A DNA stretch of 64,000 bases from a virus (taxonomy: Duplodnaviria; Caudoviricetes). The stretch's first letter is position 1, and every line of letters starts with the position of its first letter. The position numbers were made by a program, and so were the translations under genes. Below the pieces are notes generated by a model. It was not told where the DNA came from, ran no database searches, and worked only from the letters and a program-made list of their open reading frames with translations. The stretch lies in IMG/VR virus record IMGVR_UViG_3300021400_000091, positions 24,421 through 88,420 of that record. One strand, 5' to 3'. This document shows positions 54,801-63,033 of this stretch, one piece after another.

Positions 54801-56835
54801 CAAGTTTTTGTTCGTATGTTTCAAATATATTATTTACTGTATCTTTTATAAAATCCCCAACTTTAATTTCATCACTTGAAAATTTAATACCTTTTGATTC
54901 TATTAGTTTATGGAAATCTTCATTATTTAAATATTCTTTAATTAATGTTGCATTTCCAGTTTCATAAGCATCTAATGCTAATTTTGTAACATATTCTTCA
55001 GTTGCTTTAAGTCTTAAAGCTTCTCTTTCTGTTTCTTGAGCATACTCGAAAGCATTACCGTCTTCATCAAAATATTGTTCTCCATATTCGTTTACATATC
55101 TTTTATATGGATTTCTACCACCATCTATTAAATTCATTTTATTTATATATTCATCTAATAATTCTCCTCTACCTTCAATGTTTTTTATTCTAGCTTTATC
55201 ATTTGTCATTAATAAAGCATTATAGGCATCTTCAGTTATAAGACCTAATCTTTTTTGTATTTCAGCATTGCCTCTTTTTGCGGCATGGGATAAAGCTCTA
55301 CCACCATAATTAAATATCATACCGCCAAGCATACCCCAAACTCCTTGATCCCAAATAGCAGGGTCACTTAAATAACTAGCATAAGTTCTATCAACATAAC
55401 TTGGATTTAAATAATGTTTAGCTACTTCTTTTCCTTTTTCTGTATTAATACCTTGAATCATTTCTTCAGGCATTTCAGAAATTGAAGCAGCTTCCATACT
55501 TGTAAATGCTGATTTAGCAAAATTCATAGGACTACCAAAAGCATTTTTTAATTTATATCCTTGCCATTGTAACCAAGTCTTTTCAGCAGCTTCTGTTCCA
55601 CTTAATCTAGCAAGACTTCTTTGTTGTGCATTATAAACACTTCTTGTTAATGGAGCACTAGTTATAGGTTTAATAAATTTTCTAAGAGCATAAAATTGGG
55701 CAACATCAAATATTAATGCTTGATAATCATCTATAAATGTTTTATTTGCACTTTCTAATGCTATTTGATCAGCTATTTGGTCATCATTCATTCCTTCAAA
55801 TATATATTTTCCATTTTTTGTATTATTTTTTCTAAAATTAGCTTTTTGAGTATCATTCATAGAAGATAATGTTTGTCTCATATCTTCTTTAACTTGATTA
55901 TATACTTCTCTACTTTCTTGTATTCCTTCCAAAGTTCTACTTGTAAATGCTTGTATACCAGTTTCTTCTAGTCCTCTAAGTGCTTTAGCTAATGTAGCTG
56001 GTCTTGCACCAACAGTTTCTAATGCTGTACCTAACTTTAAACCTAAACCTGTTTGACCAAATCCACTTTCTAATACTCTTTCACCTAATGCACTACTACT
56101 TCTAGCTAATGCACCTGCTGTTGCTCTAGAAATACCAAAACCTTTACGAAGTCCTGAAGTAGCTTTAACTCCCTTTATAACATTCATAGCCATTCTAGCA
56201 CCTTTTCCTAAATATCCTGCTAGTTTAGCTTCACCAGCTGCAGGTAATAATAAAGTTAAAGTACTAACAGCATTTGGAAGATTTTCCATATACCAAGCCC
56301 ATTCACCAAAAGCTAAAGGAGTTTGCTCATTTCTATATATTGGTGCAAAATCTTCTCTAATATAATTTTGGTGTTCATTTAATTTATTAGCAACAGCATT
56401 ATCTAATACAACTTTTAATCTACTTTGAGCAACTTTTTTCCAATCATCACTTCTATAAACATTATTTTCACTAAATGCAGCAAATAATGGATTAACTGCC
56501 ATCATTGCTTCATAATCTGCAACAGCTAAATCCCAAATGCTAGCAACAGTACCAACTAATGCTTCATTATATAAACCTTGAAATACAGAGTTTCTTAATT
56601 GTGCCCATTTACCTTGTGCTTTAGCTTTTGCTTCTTGTCTAGCGGCAATTCTATCATTTTCTCCAGACCCAAAATCTAAGTGTTTAGTGTTAGTACTTCC
56701 ATACATAGTATTTATATCTTTTATAGCTGTAGGATCTAAAGTTTTCTCGACTCTTTTTATAGAATCAGAAACATAATTATCTTCTGCAATAGTTTTTCTT
56801 GCAGAATTTAGTGCATTTAATATATCTTTATCCAT
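48895..56835 (-). CDS. Giant virion/ejection protein, 2646 aa, with zincin-like and PD-(D/E)XK domains
   Basis: LLHEQLH...EEFIVE; AGTMDMI...ILDFKT...YGKQVDLY; Ala/Gly-rich hydrophobic N-terminal part. Confidence 0.8.
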   Translation of the reverse strand: MDKDILNALNSARKTIAEDNYVSDSIKRVEKTLDPTAIKDINTMYGSTNTKHLDFGSGENDRIAARQEAKAKAQGKWAQLRNSVFQGLYNEALVGTVASIWDLAVADYEAMMAVNPLFAAFSENNVYRSDDWKKVAQSRLKVVLDNAVANKLNEHQNYIREDFAPIYRNEQTPLAFGEWAWYMENLPNAVSTLTLLLPAAGEAKLAGYLGKGARMAMNVIKGVKATSGLRKGFGISRATAGALARSSSALGERVLESGFGQTGLGLKLGTALETVGARPATLAKALRGLEETGIQAFTSRTLEGIQESREVYNQVKEDMRQTLSSMNDTQKANFRKNNTKNGKYIFEGMNDDQIADQIALESANKTFIDDYQALIFDVAQFYALRKFIKPITSAPLTRSVYNAQQRSLARLSGTEAAEKTWLQWQGYKLKNAFGSPMNFAKSAFTSMEAASISEMPEEMIQGINTEKGKEVAKHYLNPSYVDRTYASYLSDPAIWDQGVWGMLGGMIFNYGGRALSHAAKRGNAEIQKRLGLITEDAYNALLMTNDKARIKNIEGRGELLDEYINKMNLIDGGRNPYKRYVNEYGEQYFDEDGNAFEYAQETEREALRLKATEEYVTKLALDAYETGNATLIKEYLNNEDFHKLIESKGIKFSSDEIKVGDFIKDTVNNIFETYEQKLVDVIENTDVDSDVIARMVARDLTLLNNRKENNDYLLNYYTDDVTNDNYNTAQPTTAQQYVDNYRKRYGLNRLKQLINTKEYFRLWKDEGRITEPRMAEIEEKSKRGEITSERLEMYRQIYQNQLQFEATGHSTELSVAGYNSYIKDINKEINAITSYLTSHGLLKYTYKNDENEETTIDYLNADIGDLQDIAYGKTYSEELNSLPKEVKKIFDIVTNDDMFGDVTDEFKKKVARMVTSEVEGAQYDNETPTTKQDYKDLYDKYAYTLERYTSNLMGGYTRDLMEYLQDSKTIEELEDRWNRILSGQVNEDLEDAVDALRIGYLNLLQNGRGNFFSDMVNSAYMGRKNELIGEKNNNEERENIETRNGTKRRVEKTDEKEKAKETEKPKETKKPKPKKEEKKPIIDPIPEEEGDGTIVLPDKKDEEVKDKEKPKNEGYNGEEEYDPVLVAGSIIESAVDDVLDENKELVKKLGDEIDLNSAEYKELFDKVKVAIENSGMNYDPKMDSIIHSAISLAKDLMKDENPDDIAEGIMGSIGFSKIINMGETSVDERIEKFLEAYLKTIAEVDYNGKRVVNVYKLMQMLLNDRKISFDIALTIIKNLQDYIKSQDKYVFIGINNEFTNNPRNYLRKLAQVKGEATIVNGLRINRTNVGTLSRMGYDTEEKRIAYYKLRNRLLLDLKNPNAESKPEIKMEQNGDKSNSVRFIIEYKDEKGKKQSLEIGYIAAPTRTNNNKTYSISSTNTGFNYSITNEGEGVFTANVDEFFNALIFESSDEAEELRQICRNYAFRIRERIKSGISQYRFVALEEEEAKKLLNNKLIKELKEKGLITVSNRDNVKTTIQGKTVSGEVNEASRIIQIITDVLYKTDEDSADTWKTDDAAADYILTASPDEIKTSYEKWKYRIWDQYDRSYQVIEKFNINQKQNFSTNMINQVILHVNTSDELTNVNDVVSNNPKNRLVYMDADGSIIDENGNRLGVSSRINELAILIDTGSYVQANGYEPCMVFVNKKNKIGTGGRLYGKLKEELTNIIKSQFSDEDKSPNFDEIKRKLNSLFGVKGLFSGYQVIDFTTNGSRMIALATTGEDSTNILTFYENANNNGRTGVSYNPFGTKFNFIHSADKTLIAGGSEINAVDLIVSSIMNGDILGHTISTGVLFNTSFALVKKDSDNEYIERKDGNIYIMGEKYNSALDFVMKEKAFATHAKKNKDGSLIYGTPEFKTLYLDVDNDSKTREQEAISGINIKIPKPNEKVNTLEFLKQLGFREDYIKELMGYSNEDGKTTLPLIPEEFIFSGVTDRVKNKENPLLGDFEGIYDHKTGQIRISSLSALGTIFGQSRNARNNLVRVLLHEQLHKALSARGFAGRQRLFSKNDSSAKEIVDELLKIAKFAYDKVNEDIINGNNVGGLNKDALTKIKNYLENVVNKTGVYKDKDDFYIAEEFIVESMTRTALLKYFNNTEYGNVTIDNIEDSKKTIWQRIFDNLLKILNRLGLNIGSIKNNTILARQYEIFGETFNKEVQEAEIRGNEKGTKQNNFEKTGKIIEEKEKELNETFEGLQQGENEEDWEKNHIYIYVDPNGIHHKIDISVTRLTNAKSDGSKTEYTGPEVAGPIGTELDEYFRLYFDANAIDPDNVVTEFENNGSLKYLDKLTDAQREAYNEITENIRQQILDKFNLRGKRFKIITGQTIVAGTVDINDKGSLNGKRLVAGTMDMIILTEDGYYILDFKTSRNFDGSKQSIQEFPNTHPQYGKQVDLYNKFIDANTDKLGKCLGKALIVVGVKYGDNLKYNKDTRRIESEEDIPFTLTGGYAVIDVSDEKYGVNYEITNFVDTLIDDKGIDFNDEEENNDNADKENKTDNTDNTNTGENLNSPVEGENEKAGEFIVFTEDGEEIDEDFEMEDDFEDISESKFIDLDEVNTSEEVQSIFYDYSNEVVISNVEQFSSENEFLKSVDVEQRQELASLMARGFVKFVC
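49193..49203 (-). repeat. CCCGTAGAGGG element, exact
   Basis: In the 2646-aa gene; reads SPVEG. Confidence 0.95.
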
Positions 56836-58614
56836 TTATTTTAAACTATTTATTATTTGATTAATCCTAGCATCATCATTTTCAACTTTTTCTAAATATT
56901 CGCTAAATTTATCTTGATTTCCAGTCATATGATTATATACAGCAGCAACTTGTTCCCACTTTTTATAAGAATTAACTAACTGTACTAAACTACCAGCTAA
57001 TTCAGAACCAGTTTGTCTACCAATTTTATCTAAGTCGTAAGCATTATTTCCTACTAATAAAAATAAATGTTGTGTTCCATCATTAGTCATCAAATTTTGT
57101 ATATACATTGGAGTTTCATTACGATATGCTATATTATACTTTCCATGACTAGCCCTTATATTTTCTCCTCTAGCTATTGCTTTATCTGAATCAGTATTAT
57201 ATTTAGCTTGTAATTCTTCATTTTCATTTTCTCTAAATAAATTAGGAACAATTATTCTATTTAATTTTGCTAATTTTAATCTAGCAGAACTTTTAGTAGA
57301 ATTTGCTTGATTTGTATTACTTTGCGTTATAGTAGCTTCATCTTTTAAAGTTACAGCTGTACAAAACACATTGCCCTTAGTTCTATCTCGATCAATATAC
57401 ATTTGTAATTGAAACCAAGGGTCACTAGATTTCATAATAGCAGTTACTCTCTCAGAAAGTAAATCAAGTAATTCATCGTCAGGAAGTTCTTTTTCTTTAG
57501 TTTTTTCATTAATTACATATTGACTCCATACTCCATCTTCTCCTTCAAATAATATAGAGCCTTGAGGCATATTTTTAAAATCTACATTTAATTTATTATT
57601 AACATCATCTTTTAATATACTTTTTAATTGACTTTCTTTTTCATCCGGTCTTAATAATTCCATAACAGTATGAACTGGTCTATCACCTCTTCTTATAGGC
57701 TTCATATCAATATAATATTCTAATGGAACATAATGTTCTTTTTCTTTTATATCTCCATAGTTCATAAATATTTTGTAATAATCTGTCATTTCTCTGCCAA
57801 ACTCATTTATTTCATCAAAATCATATCCAGAAACATCATTTTCTCTAGAACTTCTTTGATTATATAATTCATTTTTCTTTCTACTACTATTTTCACCATT
57901 TAACCCTTCTATATCCCATCTTTGATACGAACCAAATAATTCTCTAGTATTATTCCAAAAATTCCAATCAGATGTTGCTCCATTAACATCTTTATAACTG
58001 GTAGCCATATTCAGATACATCATAAGAAGAGGTATTTGATCTTGATTAGTTACCATTAATCCAGCATGATATACACTTGGAGCAGATAATTCATTTTTTG
58101 GAATTCTAATAACACCAAGTTTATTTAGTCTAGAGCCATATAAATTTATCAATCTGTCATAGATTTCATCATCTCTAAAATTAATTTGAAAATATCCATA
58201 TTTATCGGATAAACTATTAGTCCAAAGATTACTGCTCCAATCGTGTATTCTTTTAGCAACCTCATTTACTTGACCTGGTTGACCATCATTTTCATCTATT
58301 TTTATACTATTAAAATCCCCATTAAATAGTCCTACCATAGCTTTTATTGCTTGAGAATTATGATCATTAAATAATACTTCATCTACTCTAGTTGCTGTTT
58401 CTATGTAATGACTTAAATTATCATTATGTTCCTTTACATCATCGGCATATTGTAATAATTGCAATTCATTTATAGGGTAAAATCCATTATCATCTGGTTT
58501 CACTCCCATATCGGCAAATTGAGCTTTAGTGTAATCTTCAAGATTCCAAAAAGTTTTTTCATTATACCCTTGAGTATAATTTTGTACATTTGGTCCTATA
58601 TGTGCTTGTGGCAT
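56836..58614 (-). CDS. Putative virion/ejection protein, 592 aa
   Basis: In operon directly upstream of the giant genes. Confidence 0.7.
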   Translation of the reverse strand: MPQAHIGPNVQNYTQGYNEKTFWNLEDYTKAQFADMGVKPDDNGFYPINELQLLQYADDVKEHNDNLSHYIETATRVDEVLFNDHNSQAIKAMVGLFNGDFNSIKIDENDGQPGQVNEVAKRIHDWSSNLWTNSLSDKYGYFQINFRDDEIYDRLINLYGSRLNKLGVIRIPKNELSAPSVYHAGLMVTNQDQIPLLMMYLNMATSYKDVNGATSDWNFWNNTRELFGSYQRWDIEGLNGENSSRKKNELYNQRSSRENDVSGYDFDEINEFGREMTDYYKIFMNYGDIKEKEHYVPLEYYIDMKPIRRGDRPVHTVMELLRPDEKESQLKSILKDDVNNKLNVDFKNMPQGSILFEGEDGVWSQYVINEKTKEKELPDDELLDLLSERVTAIMKSSDPWFQLQMYIDRDRTKGNVFCTAVTLKDEATITQSNTNQANSTKSSARLKLAKLNRIIVPNLFRENENEELQAKYNTDSDKAIARGENIRASHGKYNIAYRNETPMYIQNLMTNDGTQHLFLLVGNNAYDLDKIGRQTGSELAGSLVQLVNSYKKWEQVAAVYNHMTGNQDKFSEYLEKVENDDARINQIINSLK

Positions 58615-58626
58615 AATATTAAAATT

Positions 58627-59565
58627 TTAATTATTTGGATATCCTTCTCTTTTTTCTCCTTCCCCTAAATGGAATCCTTCTTGATTTCCAGAAGTATCAT
58701 CGTCATCTTCATCTCCATCTCCACCACTTTTTCCTACACCAAATCCACTTAATTTTGTACTAGTATAGCTATCTCTATGAGCTTTTGCTTCACACATTCC
58801 AGCAAATTGTGCAAATTCCCATTCAGGAAAACTCATATCTCTATTACCTATTTTAATATTTCCATAATCTCTTTCTATTTGATATTCTCTTAATAATTGC
58901 TCTGTGGTCTTACTATCGCTATCTATAATTGTTTTTACACTATCCCATAAATCTTCAGCTTTAAGTGTTTCAAATCTACCACTATTATTTATATATCCCA
59001 TTTTACCTTCAGCATTTTTAACTATTTTATTACCGGCATATCCATATTTAGTTGGAGATGTTATACCAACAGCTTTTTTAAATACTTCATATTTATCAGC
59101 AGGTTCTATAATTGGAACCAAAGGAGTATATGGAGTTCCATCACCCACCGGAGACCGATATTGTTCTTTTGCTGAATACCATAATTTCCAACTTTCAGGA
59201 AGATTTTTATTATCTCTAATTTTCTGTTGTTGTTTAAGCCAACCATCATACCATGAAACTCTATCTGTAACAACTGGGTCATTCATAATCTCAGAAGTCA
59301 TTCTCATTATATTATCAAAATCATCATTGAGATTTTTAGGGTCTGTAATATTATCATTTATACCACTTTGTATCTCTTGAAGTAATGCAAGTTTAAATAA
59401 TTTTTCATCTGGGTGCATTGGCATTTTCATAACTGCTGCATATAAATCATTTCTAGCTTTAGAAATAGAATCATGTCTACTTTGTAAAGTATCAAATACT
59501 TTAGTAGTAAGTTCCGCACTATACGGACTTACATGATTATGTTTTACTAATTCTACAAAATTCAT
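58627..59565 (-). CDS. Putative virion/ejection protein, 312 aa
   Basis: Operon position; Gly/acidic tail. Confidence 0.7.
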   Translation of the reverse strand: MNFVELVKHNHVSPYSAELTTKVFDTLQSRHDSISKARNDLYAAVMKMPMHPDEKLFKLALLQEIQSGINDNITDPKNLNDDFDNIMRMTSEIMNDPVVTDRVSWYDGWLKQQQKIRDNKNLPESWKLWYSAKEQYRSPVGDGTPYTPLVPIIEPADKYEVFKKAVGITSPTKYGYAGNKIVKNAEGKMGYINNSGRFETLKAEDLWDSVKTIIDSDSKTTEQLLREYQIERDYGNIKIGNRDMSFPEWEFAQFAGMCEAKAHRDSYTSTKLSGFGVGKSGGDGDEDDDDTSGNQEGFHLGEGEKREGYPNN

Positions 59566-59566
59566 A

Positions 59567-62533
59567 TTATCTAGATTTTACATTTATGTTATTTTTACCA
59601 AATAAAATATCATACAAATAATTAGCAATAGCTGGATTATTTCTAACTATTGGATAACCATAGGATAGGAAATCAAATTGTCTTCTTTCTACATCTCTTT
59701 GTTCTCTATTTTCAATAGCTTCATTTACTACCTTATTAACATTTGACATCATATTATTCCATGTTTCACTTCTCTTATCAAATATATTATTTCTAAAAGC
59801 AGCAAGTGAATTTCTCCAAGTATTATAATTATCTACATTATCTTTTATAGTTGTAGCTCTTTGTTTTAAATCTGCATTTATTAATTCAGTTTCATTTTTT
59901 TCTCTATCTTCATTTGATTTATTGATTAATTCTAGAGCGTTTATTCTAGCTTGATTAATACTGTTTCTAAGATTTTGTGAGCTAGCAGTATTTCTTGTTA
60001 AATCTGTTATAGTATTACCTAATGATTCTCTTATTGCAGATAATGTAGCGTTATTGTTCCATTTTGTTTTGAGTTTAACTCCTGGATTAACTGCTGGTCT
60101 AGGAGGTTCTTTCATTCTATTAAGATAATATAAATTATTAAATGTACTTAATCCAGTAGTTAATAAATCTGTAGCACCTTTAACCCAATGATAATCTTTA
60201 TAATCTCCTAGACCTTTTATTTTATCTCTTATATCATCAGGAATTATAGGATTTCCTATCTCAAGAGCAGGTCTTCTTAGTTCTGTATTAGGAGCTGAAG
60301 TAATATTTAATGTCGGAAATTTAAATAAATCTCTTCTTGGACTTATATCTACTTCTGGTAAAGTTTCAGTAATAAAAGTTCCATCATCTAATTGTATCAT
60401 ATTTGATTTTGTATTCTTATATTTTTCATCTTCTATTTCTTCAACTTTATCCCAAGCGTCGGATAAAGCATCTTTATCAATTCCGCTAAGCATAGAAATT
60501 AATCTATTTAATGAACCACCAAAAGGAGCTTTAACTCTACCACCGCATTTCATATCTTGTTTAGAACTGCCCGTAGAGGGAATGTATGCTAGTCTATCTC
60601 TTCCATTCCCATCTACTCTAACAATAGTGCCTAATTTATTAGGACTTATCATTCTCTTGCCATACCTAGCAAGAGAATCATCAACAACATTTTGTAAATT
60701 CATATTATTTGTATTTATATTATGAGCAACCTCATTAAATAAACGATGTAATTGTTCTTTTGTAAATTGTTTTAAAAATTGCCTACTACCTTCAGGGATA
60801 ATATAATGTTTGCCTTTTACATTATTTGATTGTATATCATCATATAGTCCATCAATACTTATAAATCTGTTTTGAGGTGTCATATTATTTGCACCTCTAA
60901 GAGCCATTATAGCAGCAAGAATTTCTTTTGGTCTTTTTGTATAAGTTGGATTTGTATTATAATATTCATCTCCTAATATGAAATTTATCATATCTTCCTG
61001 AGGAGTAGTATTTACTTCTATAGGTGAATTTGCAGCAGCATGAGTTCTTTCATGGTCTATAAGTTGTTTTGCTTCTACAACTTCATTATCAATACCATAT
61101 TCATTTATGTTATATTGAGGATCATTATAATATAAAGGACTTCTATATTGAATATAATTTTGTCCAGTAAGAGTTCTGTCTTCTCCAATTTTAGATGAAG
61201 TAATGCCTTGTACACCACTAAGACCACTCAAATCCTTTGGATATATATTTTTATTTAATTCTGTTGGTCTAATTGGGTCATCACTTCCGTAATATCTATT
61301 ATCTTTAGAATTATATGTTGGTCTATTTATTTCTTCAGTATTTCTAACATTCTCAATTTGACGTTCTAAATCCATATTATTACCTGTCATAATTTGATTC
61401 ATTCTATATATTGGATTATTCTGTAATTGAGATAAATAATTCAAAACAAAATCATTTTCTACATTTGTATCACCACCATCTTCTTTCTTTTTTCTACCTC
61501 CATATTTTTTAGGTTGAATAGTTACTTGGTCTAATAGTACATTAGGATTACCATTTTCATCTAAAGGTCTATAGTATCTAACAAATTTTTTTCCATCACT
61601 ATTATCCATATAAACATTTAAAGGAATATTGCTTCTCCAATCACCAACATTATTTCCACCTCTACTATAACTAACTAATGGTGTACCTTTTTTAATTTTA
61701 TAAGGTGTACCGTTAAAATCGTATGTATAATCCTTATCAGCAAATCCAGTTAGTACCATAGTATGATATACATTATTTTCATCGTCATCATTTAAATTAT
61801 TTGATGCTATAACCATACTTCCTGGAACTGCATAGTCTGGAGTAACTTTATAAAATCCGTTTGCTCTAGGATTTTTAGTAATAGTTCTAGCATGACTTAT
61901 AGGTCTAGCTGGATTATATAATTGACTAACTGTTAATGTACAATTACTTAGACCTGACGGTAATCCAACTGTATTAGCTAATTTTCTAAAAGGAAATAAC
62001 GCACTATCTTCTCCATCTATAGCATATTCATAATTATTTTTAGGTCTAACATAATTTGCTAAAGATAATACTTTTTCTTCATTATTCATCTTTAATAATG
62101 TAGATTTATTATTTCTATATCTATTATTATATAATATTCTAGCAATATTATTTGTTTCTACACTAGTACCATCATCAGCTCTTTTTCTGCCACCTCTTTT
62201 ATATTTACTTCCATCATCTCTAATTCTATTAATTCTCTTATATTCTTCTTGTGCATTAAAAACCATATTTGGATTCATTCCACTAGCTACCAATTCAGCA
62301 GGACTATTACCATCTAACATTTTCACACTACTAAATACTCTAGTTTCATTAGGAAGCATTTGCATAACTTCATTATTCTCTACTTCTAAATCTTTACCAA
62401 TATCTATTCCGCCAGTTTTATGTTTTCTACCTTTCATCCAATATAAATTATTACCTAATGGAATAGCCATACCACCTCGTTGAATATTTGGTGCTAAAAC
62501 ACCAAATGTAGCTTTCTTTCTTTTACATTTCAT
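59567..62533 (-). CDS. Modular virion cargo protein, 988 aa (Cys-His hydrolase-like and HExxH modules)
   Basis: KGRKHKTGGI...EVENNE N-terminus; SNCTLT...YHTMV; DHERTH...E; C-terminal coiled coil. Confidence 0.7.
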   Translation of the reverse strand: MKCKRKKATFGVLAPNIQRGGMAIPLGNNLYWMKGRKHKTGGIDIGKDLEVENNEVMQMLPNETRVFSSVKMLDGNSPAELVASGMNPNMVFNAQEEYKRINRIRDDGSKYKRGGRKRADDGTSVETNNIARILYNNRYRNNKSTLLKMNNEEKVLSLANYVRPKNNYEYAIDGEDSALFPFRKLANTVGLPSGLSNCTLTVSQLYNPARPISHARTITKNPRANGFYKVTPDYAVPGSMVIASNNLNDDDENNVYHTMVLTGFADKDYTYDFNGTPYKIKKGTPLVSYSRGGNNVGDWRSNIPLNVYMDNSDGKKFVRYYRPLDENGNPNVLLDQVTIQPKKYGGRKKKEDGGDTNVENDFVLNYLSQLQNNPIYRMNQIMTGNNMDLERQIENVRNTEEINRPTYNSKDNRYYGSDDPIRPTELNKNIYPKDLSGLSGVQGITSSKIGEDRTLTGQNYIQYRSPLYYNDPQYNINEYGIDNEVVEAKQLIDHERTHAAANSPIEVNTTPQEDMINFILGDEYYNTNPTYTKRPKEILAAIMALRGANNMTPQNRFISIDGLYDDIQSNNVKGKHYIIPEGSRQFLKQFTKEQLHRLFNEVAHNINTNNMNLQNVVDDSLARYGKRMISPNKLGTIVRVDGNGRDRLAYIPSTGSSKQDMKCGGRVKAPFGGSLNRLISMLSGIDKDALSDAWDKVEEIEDEKYKNTKSNMIQLDDGTFITETLPEVDISPRRDLFKFPTLNITSAPNTELRRPALEIGNPIIPDDIRDKIKGLGDYKDYHWVKGATDLLTTGLSTFNNLYYLNRMKEPPRPAVNPGVKLKTKWNNNATLSAIRESLGNTITDLTRNTASSQNLRNSINQARINALELINKSNEDREKNETELINADLKQRATTIKDNVDNYNTWRNSLAAFRNNIFDKRSETWNNMMSNVNKVVNEAIENREQRDVERRQFDFLSYGYPIVRNNPAIANYLYDILFGKNNINVKSR
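60570..60580 (+). repeat. CCCGTAGAGGG element, exact
   Basis: In the 988-aa gene; reads IPSTG. Confidence 0.95.
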
Positions 62534-63033
62534 TTTGATTTTCTTTTATATTTACCACCACATTTATAAACATTTTGCATAGGTTGTATTCTATTATAAT
62601 ATGTAGGTCTAACTAAAACTTTAGGTTCAAATTGTGCAGGAGCTTGTCTAACTGTCTGAACATTACCCATTGTACTTGCACCTATAGCAGATTTAACTAC
62701 AGAACCTATACCACTACTTACTCCACTTATTACATCATTTGTATCTTGAATTCCCCATGCTCCAAGTTTTCTCTTACCTCCAAGAGGCATTAATGTAACT
62801 CTATCATAATAAGAATCTACAACATCTTGACTACCATTAATTGCATTTGCTAAATTAGCAGCAGTTGTTAAATTGTTTTGTTCTATTTGTTGTCTTTCTT
62901 GTTCTCTCTGTTGTTTCTTTTGCGCATTAGCACCAATAATACTTCCAATAGTATTACCTATTAAAGATACGCCAGCACCAATTAAACTACCAAGAAAGGC
63001 TTTATTTCTTTGATTTCTTTTAACTTTTCTCAT
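62530..63033 (-). CDS. Small virion cargo/pilot-like protein
   Basis: Gly/Ala-rich amphipathic FLGSLIGAGVSLIG segment followed by a Q-rich coil. Confidence 0.7.
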   Translation of the reverse strand: MRKVKRNQRNKAFLGSLIGAGVSLIGNTIGSIIGANAQKKQQREQERQQIEQNNLTTAANLANAINGSQDVVDSYYDRVTLMPLGGKRKLGAWGIQDTNDVISGVSSGIGSVVKSAIGASTMGNVQTVRQAPAQFEPKVLVRPTYYNRIQPMQNVYKCGGKYKRKSK

